DNA of 63,798 nt, counting the filler, from Folioceros fuciformis (lineage: Eukaryota): NCBI GenBank assembly GCA_049999805.1. It is 7 parts of 7 records of this genome, joined end to end, with 100 filler letters (N's around TTAATTAATTAA, not from the genome) between each part and the next. Parts side by side here need not be neighbours in the genome. Positions count along the whole stretch, not along the records: positions 1 to 18,571 come from JBNGIO010001297.1; positions 18,672 to 26,665 come from JBNGIO010001301.1; 5 more parts are not named here. One strand, given 5' to 3'. Positions within the stretch are counted from its first letter, which is position 1; the number at the start of each line of letters is the position of its first letter. The position numbers were made by a program, and so were the translations under genes. The notes under the pieces were generated by a model that did not search any database, was not told the DNA's origin, and saw nothing but the letters and a program-made list of their open reading frames with translations. Positions 13,601 through 25,529 of the stretch are shown here, in pieces.

Positions 13601-14157
13601 CTGTTGCTAACAACACTCAAACCATCCACGAAGAGATGTCGGACATCAGCGCCATACAATCCAAATAGAGCAGATACGGCCTTCCGACGAAAGACTGTCA
13701 TACCACGGCAACTGGTAGGCTCTGGGGCATTCAGCCAATACCGGTGATCATCGGGTCCTCTCCTCTGAAGCTTCAAGGGACGTTCCTTATCCTGAGTCCT
13801 GCGCCACGAATTCGAGCTTCCACTCGGGTTCCGGCGCTGATGCCACGGTCTAGCTCCAGAATAAGTATAAGGGCCGGCCCTCCGAGCCTGCTGGCCATCC
13901 TCGAAGGCCGAGGCAGCAGCAACAGCCACGTTAGCACCATTCCCATTGGCACTACCGGCAACGACAGAGGCCCTGGCATCCCTCCACGTATTGGAACGCT
14001 TGGGAGGTTGAATGTCGGGTGGCATACTTGCAGCAACTCCGGCACCCGCTTCCCACATAGAGCGACTACACAGGGCCACCAAGAAGGATCTAGCAAACAC
14101 GTTCCCACTCCAAGCAACGGTCACAGATTTCGGCTGAACCACGATGCCACCAAGCAT
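10670..14157 (-). CDS. CCR4/Angel-like exonuclease-endonuclease-phosphatase (CCR4 homolog 5/6-like), multi-exon; 3' end approximate
   Basis: Exons encode ARTGKATDGCAIFWRKNR, LRDNVAQLCLLE, LVGNIHVLFNPKRGDIKLGQ, LRSAYSQ and LQKWGSDHLALACELGF, typical EEP-family motifs. Confidence 0.88.
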
Positions 14158-14175
14158 AGAAGGGATCCCGCCACA

Positions 14176-14183
14176 AAACCCTA
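14176..14183. promoter_or_regulatory. Telo-box (AAACCCTA)
   Basis: Exact AAACCCTA just upstream of the CCR4-like ATG (14157), in the divergent region shared with EF1B-gamma. Confidence 0.45.
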
Positions 14184-15340
14184 GCGCAAAAACCTCGACC
14201 TCCGGACCCCACGCCCACTCCCCCCGTCACCCCACGGGCGTGCCTTAAACAGCAGCACCACCAGGACACAGCGCACGCAGCTCAACCACCTCCTGGTTGA
14301 ATCCAGCACCGGGAGATTCTTCCCACCCGGATCCCTGGCCAGATTCCTGGCAGTGCTACACGAATCCGGTCGGTCTTGCGCGGGCGTGCGTCGTCTCCAG
14401 GAGCTGCTAGGCAGACATGCGAGATGCGATGCGATGGGGCAGCTGGCAGTCAGGCCCCCGAACGGTGCAGCGAGGACACCACCTTCACCCCGAGCTTGCG
14501 TGTGGATGGATGATCAAATGGCGCGAGCAGCAGGGATGAGCAGAACTGACAGCGTCGAACTTGTGTCTCTCACCAGCCCGCCAGTCTTCCTGCAGAGGGG
14601 GCCAGCCATCTCTAGGAATGGAATCGTGGCGAACCGGGTTACGGACCGTTTCGTCTCACGCTGCGGGTTGGTACTTGGACCCCCCTACTCCCCACTCATG
14701 CGTTCCATCCGGCTTGCACCCCGCCTACAAATAACAAGCACCTGCTTACAAATACATAACCGGTCGCCAGGTGTTAGATTTAACCTCAAAACCTTGCTAA
14801 AAGATCCAAACATAATCGTTCGTCTCCAAAGCCATTATTTCGTCGCACCATTCATTTGATTTAAACTCGATTAGGGCGGGAAATTAGGGCTTGCGATTAG
14901 TACGTGGTTTTTTTACGTACAAATGCGACTATGTTGCTGTCTTCCACTAGCTTTGAAACCTAAGTCTCTATGTTGAAAGAGGTGACGAGTGCATCCAACG
15001 TCATCCCAATAGGATCCGAATTGAATCTAATTCCAATTAACTATTTTACTCTGGTCCTTCATTGCACCACCTACTATGTACACGGCTCCAGAAGTGTGAT
15101 GTGTGGAGAAAAAACTAGGGGTATGTGTATGCCTGGTCTGTACCCCCGAGTTAGCTGCGGGAGCGCCTGCAACCCTAGTGCAGGTGCCCTAATTCGGGAA
15201 GCGGATCCGCATTTTGAGAGAACATGCCAAACATGGTAGCTTCTTTTGCACAGGGTCTGAGCTGAGTGAGTGCTTAGCCGCCACCGGCAAGCCGAGAGCA
15301 CGTTGTTGTAGTTTGGCGAGGAGCTCAAGAGCGCGGCGCC

Positions 15341-16765
15341 ATGGCTCTCAAGTTTCACGTCGGCTACCCTGGCAACAGGAATGCGAACAAGGTGCTGATC
15401 GCCGCTGAGTATGTGGGAGTGGAAATCGTGATCCCTGAAGGGTTTCAGATGGGAGTGACCAACACCTCCCCCGAGTTCCTCAAGCTCAACCCCCTGGGGA
15501 AGGTCTGGCATTGCTAACGCACACTTTGCTTAGTATTTTACTCGCAGGCCTCAGCCGGGCTGAGTTTTGGTTGATGTCTTCTGGTTTGTCAGATTCCCTT
15601 GCTGGAGACGCCGGAGGGGTCTGTATTTGAGAGCAGCGCCATTGCCCGGTACGTGGCCAGACTGAAGCCGGAGGTGGGATTGTATGGGAAATCGAACATT
15701 GATGCCGCGCATGTGGATCAGTGGGTCGATTTTGCCACCAACGAGGTGGACAACTACCAGGTGAAGATTCTAGGAGGCCGGCTCGGCTTCGCGCAGGTGG
15801 TGTACAGTGCGAAGGGAGAGGAGGTGGCCTTAGCTCAGCTGAAGCGTGCTTACGCTGCGTTGGACAAGTTCCTGGCTTCCACCACTTACTTAGTGGGAGA
15901 TTCCGTGACGCTGGCAGATATTGTGCTCGTGCCTGCGTTGGCTCTAGGCTTCAAGTACGCGGTGGCCAAGGACCTCACGGCGGGACTTCCTCATTTGTTG
16001 AGGTACGTGAACACCTTGGTGAACCAGCCTAACTTTAAGAAGGTTTTGGGCGAGCTCACCTTTTGGGAGGTTCCTCTCCCCAGCCCTCCGGCTGAAGGGC
16101 AGATTGCCACGAGGCAAGGGCCGTCTCCGGTGGCCAAGCCGGCTCCCCCGCCGGCAGCTTCCAAGAGTGTCGGGCCGCCTCCGCCACCAGCAGCTGCTCC
16201 CCCGATCCAGGCCCCTCCTCCGGCGGGTAAGGCAGCCGATTTGGGAGATGAGGAGGATGATGCGCCGAAGAAAAAGCCCAAGAATGTTCTGGATTTGTTG
16301 CCTCCTAGTCCTATGGTGCTGGACAACTGGAAGAGACTCTACTCCAACACCAAGGCCAAGGATTTTGCTGAGGTGGCCATCAAGGGCTTCTGGGATATGT
16401 ATGACCCCGAGGGCTACTCTCTCTGGTTCTCCGACTACAAATATAACGAGGAGAATACTCTGACCTACGTGACTATGAACAAGGTGGGTGGATTCCTGCA
16501 GCGTATGGACCCCTTCCGCAAGTATTCCTTCGCGAAGATCGCTATTCTGGGGACAGAAGCCCCTTTCAAGATCAAGGGGGTTTGGCTCTTCAGGGGCACT
16601 GATTTTCCACAGCCAGTCAAGGATGAGTGTTACGACATCGAGCTGTATGAGTGGAAGAAGGTGGATGTCAGTGACCCGACGCAAAAGGCTCTGGTGAACG
16701 CTTATTTTGAGGAGCCCGACGAGATCTTGGGGGACAAGCTAGTGGAAGCCAAATGCTTTAAGTAG
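15341..16765 (+). CDS. EF1Bgamma: Translation elongation factor 1B gamma; exons 15341-15502 and 15593-16765
   Basis: N-terminal GST-like domain (NKVLIAAEY...FLKLNPLGK|IPLLETPEGSVFESSAIARY), Pro/Ala linker and EF1G C-domain (LDNWKRLYSNTK, FWDMYDPEGYSLW, NKVGGFLQRMD, KGVWLFRG, EAKCFK*); one GT-AG intron. Confidence 0.96.
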
Positions 16766-17357
16766 GCAGGTGCTAGCCTGAGGTAGCCGAACTTCTCTCG
16801 GATGAGTTTCAATTTTGATTTTTCCTGAAATCGGGCACCAATCGTACGTTGCGCAATCCTGGTAATGAGTCTGTCTACCTGTCTCTCAGAATGGACTGTC
16901 GTGGACTGTCTGGGGAGGTAATTTTGCACGTTTGACCCTTTTAACAAGCCGTCCAGTGCATCGTCCAAAAACTTTTTTTACTTCAGTGCTTTGGGAAGAC
17001 TCATTATTTTTTGTCCGGCAGTTTACATAAACTACGTCATCAAGCTACGTAAGGACCACTAGCAACTGTCAGCATTCCCGTGTGCGACAGTTGCAGCAAA
17101 TTCGAGGCTGTTCTCGCTCACGCATCTTCTCCAGTCAGAAGAGCACGAACCACAACTACGGCAAAACTCCTGCTGGTTGTTATCTGAATAAAATCTTTGA
17201 CGGAGGATCTCGAGTGCTATTTGGAATAATGGTGACTGTGCTGTGCTGCACCATCTCCTCCGCTTGGGATTTGTCTGACCTCAAAAACCTGAGCAAATCC
17301 CACTTGAGCTCCCATGACATTGTATTCTGCAAAAAATAATTGTAAAGCATGGCATTG

Positions 17358-18571
17358 CTAGCGTCTGGCAAGGAGTTGTAGATAATATCGACGGTTGGGT
17401 ACCCGCACATTCCTGGTAGGATCCGGCTCACACACATGATTATATCTCTCCCTATGCTCCCTGCTATTGAACTGGGTGAAGCAATGGTACCCGTACCAGC
17501 AGTCTGGCCGCTGGGCCGCTTCCGGAGGGAGCTCAGACTTGGGAATAGATTGGCGATACTTGAAGAAGATATGCTTAGTCAGAGCCTCATGACACTTAGC
17601 GCACACCGATATCGTAGGAGATAAAGAGGCCGGGGGCGGGGTCGGGATCGGGGGCTGGCCTACTTGAAACTCGGGCAATTCAACCTCTCCACTTGCAATC
17701 TTTCCCATCCACTCCGTCATCACCTCCGGAACTGTAACATGATGCTCTACCATGTAGCGCCGTGTCACCTCAACCTCGTACTCATTGTCAGAGTAGGCAA
17801 TCTCGAGGGCATTGGAATTGGAATCTGACACAAACCAGCTGCTGAGAGGCTTGATATGACATCCAGAGGGGGGGAAGTTCTGCGAGCGCCAGTATGGATC
17901 GCAGAGGATCGATTGGCAGACGGCGCAATGTCGCAACACATCCAACTCCGGCCTGCAAGGCATCAAATGGTTGCAGCTACTGCAGGTGATGTGCACCGTG
18001 GAGGAATTGCAGCGAAAAGCACTGGCATTGGCAGGCAGTGCGGCCTCATCCACGCGCTCAAGGCACTGCCGGCAAGTGCCCCGATCCTCATCCTCATTCG
18101 CAGGCACCGCGGCCTCATCCTCGCTGGCCTGGCTCTGCGTGTCCCCGTCGCTGTGCACGTAAGCATCACTGTTGAGAGCCATATCCGGATCCACCAGCCG
18201 CATCACATCCGACTTCACGATAGCATTCTTGTCCATCTTGGCAATGTCCACAGCGGAGCGGCGCATGCCGGGATACACCTTCAGAATCTCCTCTAGTACG
18301 CTGCACAGCGTGTGGTTCCTTCCCACCGACACTACAGGCCCCCGGCACTGCGGGCACTTGCAAGCCGAATTATACGAGGTCGATCTGCGGTACCAGTCGG
18401 AGAAGCAGGAATTGCAGAAAGTATGCAAACACGGCGCCACGCTCACTGCGTCGTGCCAAACATTCCAGCAGATGCTGCACTTGACCGAGTCCATCATCTT
18501 GATCCTCTTCCCGCCGTCCTCCTCCTCCGCCACCGTCTCCATCTTCAGCTTCTTCCTCCCTGCCTCCCCTT
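17358..18571 (-). CDS. CHFR: CHFR-like RING E3 ubiquitin ligase (RING, Cys-rich domain, PBZ finger); frame open to contig end, so possibly 5'-truncated
   Basis: C3HC4 RING CSICWNVWHDAVSVAPCLHTFCNSC..CPQCR, Cys-rich HITCSSCNHLMP/CAVCQSILCDPYW and PBZ RPDCWYGYHCFTQ..H..YNHVC; no introns in the visible part. Confidence 0.88.
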
Positions 18572-18671
18572 NNNNNNNNNNNNNNNNNNNNNNNNNNNNN
18601 NNNNNNNNNNNNNNNTTAATTAATTAANNNNNNNNNNNNNNNNNNNNNNNNNNNNNNNNNNNNNNNNNNNN
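18572..18671. other. Artificial contig spacer
   Basis: 44 N + TTAATTAATTAA (stops in all six frames) + 44 N. Confidence 0.98.
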
Positions 18672-18853
18672 ATGTAGAACTTAATACTCCTTGGCTGGGA
18701 GGTGGAATGGAAATAGAAAAGCGTGCTCGGGAAAAAGCTGAAACCAGCCCCAAGGCCGGAAAGTCCAAAGAGGATAAAGCCCGCACGAGGACGGGCGTGA
18801 GACCGGCTGGGCACACTATCCACAACGGATTCACCCAGCACCCACAGGCTTGA
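18672..18853 (+). CDS. Possible 3'-terminal exon fragment of an unidentified gene
   Basis: Frame open from contig start: VELNTPWLGGGMEIEKRAREKAETSPKAGKSKEDK...QHPQA*; no family recognised. Confidence 0.3.
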
Positions 18854-19281
18854 CCGGGGTGTCCCTGGTAACTGGCGTGGCCTTCGAGGCCTGACCAGGC
18901 CGGTCCGGTCCGGCTAGGCCTTGCCACAGTCGACACAACGGGAGACGAGACAAGACGAGACGAGACGAGCCGCGAGGTCAGAGAAACAGGAGGACTCGAG
19001 TCGTCCAGGACTCTGCTCTTGAGAACAAGGGTCAGATGAGTGAAATGATGCAGTGCCCAGATGTCGAGGCTGCGGGAAAGGCAGGCCCCACATGGCGGGA
19101 GAAAAAGGGTGTTGGAATAGAGCAGTCCAGGCCTGGATTTAGCGTGCGTTTGCTTGTTTCACCTCAGTCCCGGCCTCCTTGATGGCTGCTCCGGGAGAGG
19201 CAGGAGCCGATTTGGTGCCGCCTTCGCCTCCACGGCAGGTAGATGTGGGATGGTCTAGGGTTGTTGGAGCTTGTTGAAGTG

Positions 19282-21676
19282 TCACTTGACGCCTGCGTTG
19301 GGGATGCGGGAAGTACAGGGGCCTGCGGAGGTCATGAATGGGATTCCCTGATAACATGCCACTCCCGAACTGTCCGTCCGAAGGTCCTGCGGGCCACAGA
19401 CAGGGATAGTGAGGGGTGGGTGGGATGACGACAGCACCACGTGGATTTTACTTTTTCCTAGCTGTGCTTGACTCGACTCTGCTCTGCTCTACTCACCGGT
19501 TGGATTTTCTCGAACTGCTTCTTCTTGGGGTTGAGCACGTCTTCGGGTTGTCCTTGATGCCTGCGGGTGTGATGTGGAAGGGACGGGTTATGGCGGCCAG
19601 ATTAGGGAAGGGAGTTGGGCCCGACTGGGAGACGACGGGCAGGTGTGGCTTACCCCTGGACGGTGATCCTTTCACCGATGGCAGCTCCCTCTGGCGGGGC
19701 CACTGGCTCCACCCTGGTGTGATCTTCATTTGATGCGCAAAGGACCTACAGGGGAGTTGGGTTCAGAAGCTTAGGTTGGGTAGGACGTCATGTACTGTAC
19801 GACGTGGTCATGCGGAACTGTGACGTGTGCAGGAGGGTGAGGGAATCACCAGACCGCAGGACAGCACGTCTCGGACGTTGCCTGGTTTGACGTTGGCGAG
19901 GACCAAAACTTTTCGATTCTGCACGAGGGATCGGCAACACAAGTATGTGAGTAGTACATTAGCGCATGATCGTGGGGAAGGGAGAGGCATAATTTGGGTC
20001 TGTGGGATCATGTTACCTGCATCTCTTCAAGGGTCAAAAATTTGGCTAGTCCAGAGACGATCTGCCGGACCTTGCCCTCGCCGACATCGATTTCCTCCAC
20101 GTAAAGCCTGAGAACATCCTTGCGTGAGAAGTGGCACCACGTAGAATGCAAGAAAGGAAGTTAAGGGATTTGTGCTCACGCGTCTGCATTGGGGTGCTTC
20201 CAAGCTTTCTTGATGAGCCCTACTCGTATGTTGAGGATACTGACATCTGTATCTACTTCCTTCTTCTGGGCCGGGGGCTTTTCCTTCTTCTCCTTTTCCT
20301 GCTTGCCTTTTTTTCCCTGCAACACAATACTTACTTCATGAGATCAACATGAACGACTGACCTTCAAAACAGGGCTGGGCTAGCGAAACCGTACGTCTGG
20401 CGCTCCACTGCTTTGTTTCCCCTGTGTAGGAGGATTGGCATCAGGTTCCCCGGTGGTGACCTGTACCAACACAAAGCTTAGCACTAGGAATACAGAATGA
20501 AAGTATCTGGGAACATTTACCGCCTCACAGTCAGCACCTTTTTGGTTGCAGGAGGTTGATCAACTAGATTCGCAGGCTTGTAAGCTGCAACCTCCGGATT
20601 GCCGACAGGATCTGATGATGTCCTCTTCGAGATTACTTCCGCAGACAATATGGCTGCCTTCGCTGAACCAGCTACTGAGCTGAGCTGCTGAGGGCATCAG
20701 AGACGGAAAACACGAGAGGGGGATGTGAATGCATCGAATTCAGTTGCCGTCAGCGCAAACGCTGTGAGACAGTGAGGGGATACTTACTGGAGGGGCAAAC
20801 TTCGCCTTTTGCACTGGGATGCGCTCGTAGACTTGACTCACATCCTCCTTGTTCTAAGATGACAGAAACGAATCACATCTGTCTTCAGCCGTCACAGTGG
20901 TTGAGGCTACTCACGCCACCCCGTTACCAGCTGTCGGATTTTTAGAAAGCTTACTTGAAGGTAGTCGATCCAGCGAAATAAGTGGGGAAGCGTCTCTTGC
21001 TCTGTTGCAGCTAACCCTGCCTGTCAATCGAAGGGAAGCTTCAGGAACACCAACACCTTTTGCAACTTGTTTGCTCACCCAAGCAGGATACACGCTCCAA
21101 TGGAGTGTTACAGAACAGAGGAGAAACCGAAAGCAAACAATACCACTACGTCATGAACGGCGATGAATGTAGCGATGTCACCAATGGTGATCTTCGTGCC
21201 AACGCCAACAAGAACAGACTTCGATGCCAAATAGGTGTTCAAAACCTCCAATTTTGAGTAGCTGGCATCCTTTTTCACGTAAAAAGCATTGGCATCTGAC
21301 AGCACCCTCTGTATCTGAGAGTGACCCAGTGATGAGACCCGTCAGAACTTGACCTAAGGACATCAAACGACGTTAGAGCAAACCAACAAACGATGGTCGA
21401 TACGAGGCTAACCTCATCACGGTTCTCCGGAGTCTCTCCAAGCAGCGAAGCGAATGATTGACCAGCTGCATTCACAGCAGCCCTACATGTTGCTGCCAAT
21501 GGTTCACCCTCCTGTAAATCAACATGCACAGATACGAAATACGGGAACGTCCTGAATAGGACTCCTGTGGAAACACGTTCTTTGCCCAGCTACCACAACA
21601 GATCACTCACTGGTTGCGCAGCAGCCAAGCCTTTGACTATTGAGGGGATGAGAGACGCCGCCTGCACCTCTCCCAT
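19282..21676 (-). CDS. AIMP1/Arc1p-like tRNA-binding protein (GST-C-like N-terminus plus EMAPII OB-fold), multi-exon
   Basis: Start MGEVQAASLIPS; LNTYLASKSVLVG..ITIGDI (GST-C-like); VLANVKPGNVRDVLSCGL|VLCASNEDHTRVEPVAPPEGAAIGERI, LNPKKKQFEKIQPDLRTD, and GIPFMTSAGPC..VK* with stop at 19282-19284. Confidence 0.88.
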
Positions 21677-21812
21677 TGCACCTCGTTCCGCCGGGTCCTT
21701 CACTAGGTGAGGGTGGATTAGGTTTCAACCATCCTCTTCACTCCTTCCTTTATCCACATAATCAATTTATCTCTACCCAAGAGGGAATGTCTCTGATGTC
21801 GCAACAGTCGAA

Positions 21813-22263
21813 ATGCAGCACGGGCGGTGGTACATGAAGCTGGTGCTAGCTGGCGGTGCCATAGGTGCGAGCATGGAACTCTTCATGATCAAGACGGGCT
21901 TCTGTGAGCTGCAATCCTCTGCATGGACTGCAAACTGTCTGTATACTTGTGGAGTTTCCGCTATCTTCCGGGGCTAACTCTGCAGCATTGTGGGCCCAGA
22001 ATTGTCGGTGGCTTTCGAGAGTGAAAGTTATTGTGTGCCATTGACTTCAGATTCTGTTTTCCGAATTGTGCCTGCGCATTTGCTGTTGTTTTGCAGACTT
22101 TTTATGGTTCCACGTTGTTGATGATTAATTCGATGGTTGTCCAGATGAGAAGGTGACTGCAATGGAGGCTGAATCTAGAGCTGCTGAAGCCGCCGCTGCT
22201 TCGTCGTCAAGACCTCTTCTGCTTTGGGAGGCAGAGAAGGGGAGTGAGCAAAGACAACTGTAA
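21813..22263 (+). CDS. 69-aa single-TM microprotein, SMIM4/UPF0640-like; exons 21813-21903 and 22145-22263
   Basis: Spliced translation MQHGRWYMKLVLAGGAIGASMELFMIKTGFYEKVTAMEAESRAAEAAAASSSRPLLLWEAEKGSEQRQL*; canonical GTGAG...CCAG intron; absent from the ORF track. Confidence 0.75.
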
Positions 22264-22511
22264 AGCTCATGTTGCTGCAAAGAAAAAATAGAATAGACAA
22301 GGACGACAGTCTATCATGTATTTTCAAGGCTTGACTGTTTGACAATAGTATTCCGCTTTAGGTCCTCTTGCTCGCTATGAGCTTGTGAAAATATGGTTGT
22401 GGGTGCAGTTCGTGACATTGAATACGGTACAAGGGAACCACTTTAGCTTGGCTGTGTCAGGATGATTGTTTTACAGCTGGTCATTTCATTTGTGCCGTAA
22501 ATTCTTGCGAC

Positions 22512-25500
22512 ATGCAGTCTTTCAGTCGGGTGGATTTGGTGCGATGGAGTCACCTGCGGCACGGCCATCGTCTATGTGTGATATTCTGTGTTGGACATTT
22601 TTCAGCCTTTCTGCAACACGGTCCAACCTGTGTCATGGTCAAATCCTCAGTTGGCCTGAGAACTCGGAATGTGCCGTTACTGGGCCATCCTAACGTGTGC
22701 TGGCCAAGTTCTCCAGATAGGACAAAGTTGGTGGGGAGGCCGCAATTTGTTTCGTCAAGTCTTGGTGGACATAAGTTTGGCTTTCTACTAGCCGTGTCCT
22801 ACGTGCGAGCTAGATGCCCAAATGACACAGGTTGAGTGTTGATCTGATTTGCCGTTTCAAGATCATGAGGATAACCATCGAGGCTTTGTTTTATTGACTT
22901 TTCTTAGGTGTCCTTACATTGTTGCTGCACCAGGGGGATTGGAGAAACCTGGCAGTGATTTTGATAAGGCATCCAAGTTGAAAGCTGTAGATGTAGCTAC
23001 AGGAGCTGTGGATGTTACAGGCTGGCTCGTCTTCCTGAAAAGTGAACCCGAGTTCGTTGGAAAAGTCGAAGAGATTGTTGCACTCAGAAGGCTAGCTGAC
23101 TGTGATGATGATGGTGATCTTCCACAAAGTTACCTCCTCAGCGTGAGAGAGGTTCGTGGGCAGCGAGGTCATCCTGTAAGCGTGACATCGGAGAGACCTA
23201 GGCCAATTGAGTTCCTCGTTCCTCTTGTGGATGAGTTTGTAAGGGACGTGGATGAGAAGGCAAAACACCTCCATATCAACGTAGGTTACACTCTTATTCA
23301 CTCTGGAGCTGCAACAGTGTCGCTTTTGGATTTTTATTTTTGCATGTCTGTCTTATTTCGGAGTGGAGCATCTGAGACTGTTGGCTATGGCACTGAATGG
23401 TGGAGCCGCCGGATGGTCTTCTGGAACTGGCGAGGAGACCGGAAGCTCTGAGAAAGCTCCGACCCTCTATATTGGAATTTTGCTCGCAGCAAGTGGATGG
23501 TGTCGCAGATTATCTGCAAGAGCAATCAGAAGGCAGTTCAAGCAAGGATACTCAGGTGCCGATGGACTGTTTGGTGCTCTTTCTGAAGGTTTTTCGTGCT
23601 GTCTCTTTGTTGATGAGTATATTTGTTCAGTGGTTCCAATCCTCTTCCCGTTCTTGGCAGGTTTTCCGAAGGGTGCATCCAAACACTAAGTTTCCTCAAA
23701 GTGCATACATGCCAACACGCCGGCAGCTACTCGCAGCCGGTCGACAGGATCTGGTAGAAAGTATTATCGTAAGTACGATATGGATTTCAATAAGCTCCTC
23801 ATTTTAAGAAGCTTGTACCAGCTTGGAGGAAAGTTTGCTCTTTGTGAGATTTCGGACGTGATATGCTGACAGTGTTGTGCACGTCCCTAGGAGCCTCTTC
23901 ATCTTCAGTTCTTTAAGTAACCCTTCTGCTAAATGTTTTGTGTAGCATGCTGGCGGCTTCTTGTCTGTTGCTCAAGCTTTACGGCTCCCTGCACGACGAC
24001 GTCCTAATGGTTTCTGGCAAGTTTTCCTCACCATCTGGTCGCGTCGTGCAAGAGCTGGAGGAAAACTGGGAATACAGCCTTGTCAAAGAAGGACAATAAC
24101 TGGTACTGGTCATGTGCAGGGATGATATCAGAAACCTTGATGCTGAGATCGAGTGGTTCATCACCAGCTCCTGGGTGAAGCAAGTTGACCCAACCACAGG
24201 TTCGCCTCATACTGTCTGCAGGGAATTTTTGAGTAGGCTAATCAGATGTGCGAGACAAGTATGATATACATGGAAGTTCAGACAAGGTTGTAATATGTTT
24301 TAGTTGAGTGTAATCTTTGCTCTTACCGAAGCCACGTATTGTAAGCCAGGAAAGTACGTTTATGTGAATGAAGTGACAAGGAAGACATCGTTGGACAAAC
24401 CTCGGATAACAGATGTATCGAACCCTACTCCTGTGAGCCACTCAAGGAATGATATTGGGACAGCTGCAATGCCACGAGAGAAGACGTTGAAAAATGCTGG
24501 CAGATATGACCTGCACCATGCGGTAATCTCTGCACCTTCCATGTGTTCATTGGACATTAGCAATGTTCATCCCAGTTCTCGTGGTGAAGATTACTAAGTC
24601 CTTTGGCGCTGTCTGCTAGATTGCATTGCATGGTGGTTACAGGTCAGTGGCTCAGGAACTAGGCAGACAGACAGTCCCATACAGGCGGGTTAAAACGCAA
24701 ATAAAGAAAAAAAATGCTGGCAAAATGTTGGCCACACTTGAAGAGCAGATACGCCTCTTTATGGAGGAGAAAGGATTGTATGTGCGTTTGTCCCTCCCTT
24801 AAACCAAAGGTTGTTGGTGAATGTTGGTTGTATCCTTGTAGCAATCAGAGACAGGTGAATGAATGCAAGAACTTTAACTCTTCAAAATGACAGGTCACAC
24901 TTCCCTTCCATCAAGGAGCTGAGATCAGCGCGGCATGGTGATCTGGTCCGTGCTCTTTATCAACACGGAGGGCTAGGGGTTGTAGCTGATCACATGGGAA
25001 TAAGGCCAAAAAGATACGGGGTAAGCACTCTTCTATATATTTTGGTGAAACGTCAGATAAGCGAGGGTGGACTTACATTTGCATTGTAATCCAGAAGAGC
25101 CATTGGGTACAGTTGGAGCGAGCTGCAGCAGTACTTCGAGCGTACCTCCTCCAGAAATTATGTAATCTGCAGAAGCCCCCGATCGACTCAACACCCTACG
25201 ACGACATATGGGCTGAGGCTTTGCGGACTGGATCACTCAGTATACCTCAAGAGGCTCAGCTAATGGCGGATGAAAGGCCTGACCTTCGTTATCTCATCAG
25301 GGTGGGGAAGTGTCTGCGAACATCTCTTGCCTGTTTTATTGGATGCTTGTGGCAAAAGGCTCCCTCTCATCTGCGGTACATTTTGACTTGGCGTTTTGCA
25401 CAGAAATTTGGGCAAGCGGAGTTAGCAGAGCACTTGCAGATAGGTGAAAGGAAGCTTCACGTTAGATATAAGAAGCAACTCAAGCTAGCTTCTCCTAAAT

Positions 25501-25529
25501 TTGTGCTAGATCGGGAGAAGGGAGTTTGA
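22512..25529 (+). CDS. Uncharacterised multi-exon protein: putative transit peptide, RimM-type PRC barrel, WW-like domain and four helical repeats
   Basis: Spliced exons give VGKVEEI..YLLSV..FLVPLVDEFVRDVDEKAKHLHIN|PPDGLLEL (PRC barrel), SWVKQVDPTTGKYVYVNEVTRKTSLDKP (WW-like) and repeats of P-x3-L-x3-GRxDL-x6-GG-x3-VA. Confidence 0.75.

Noticed and set aside
14353-14859. 168-aa ORF between CCR4-like and EF1B-gamma
   Set aside because: GTG start, no recognisable domain, and it lies in a divergent promoter region.
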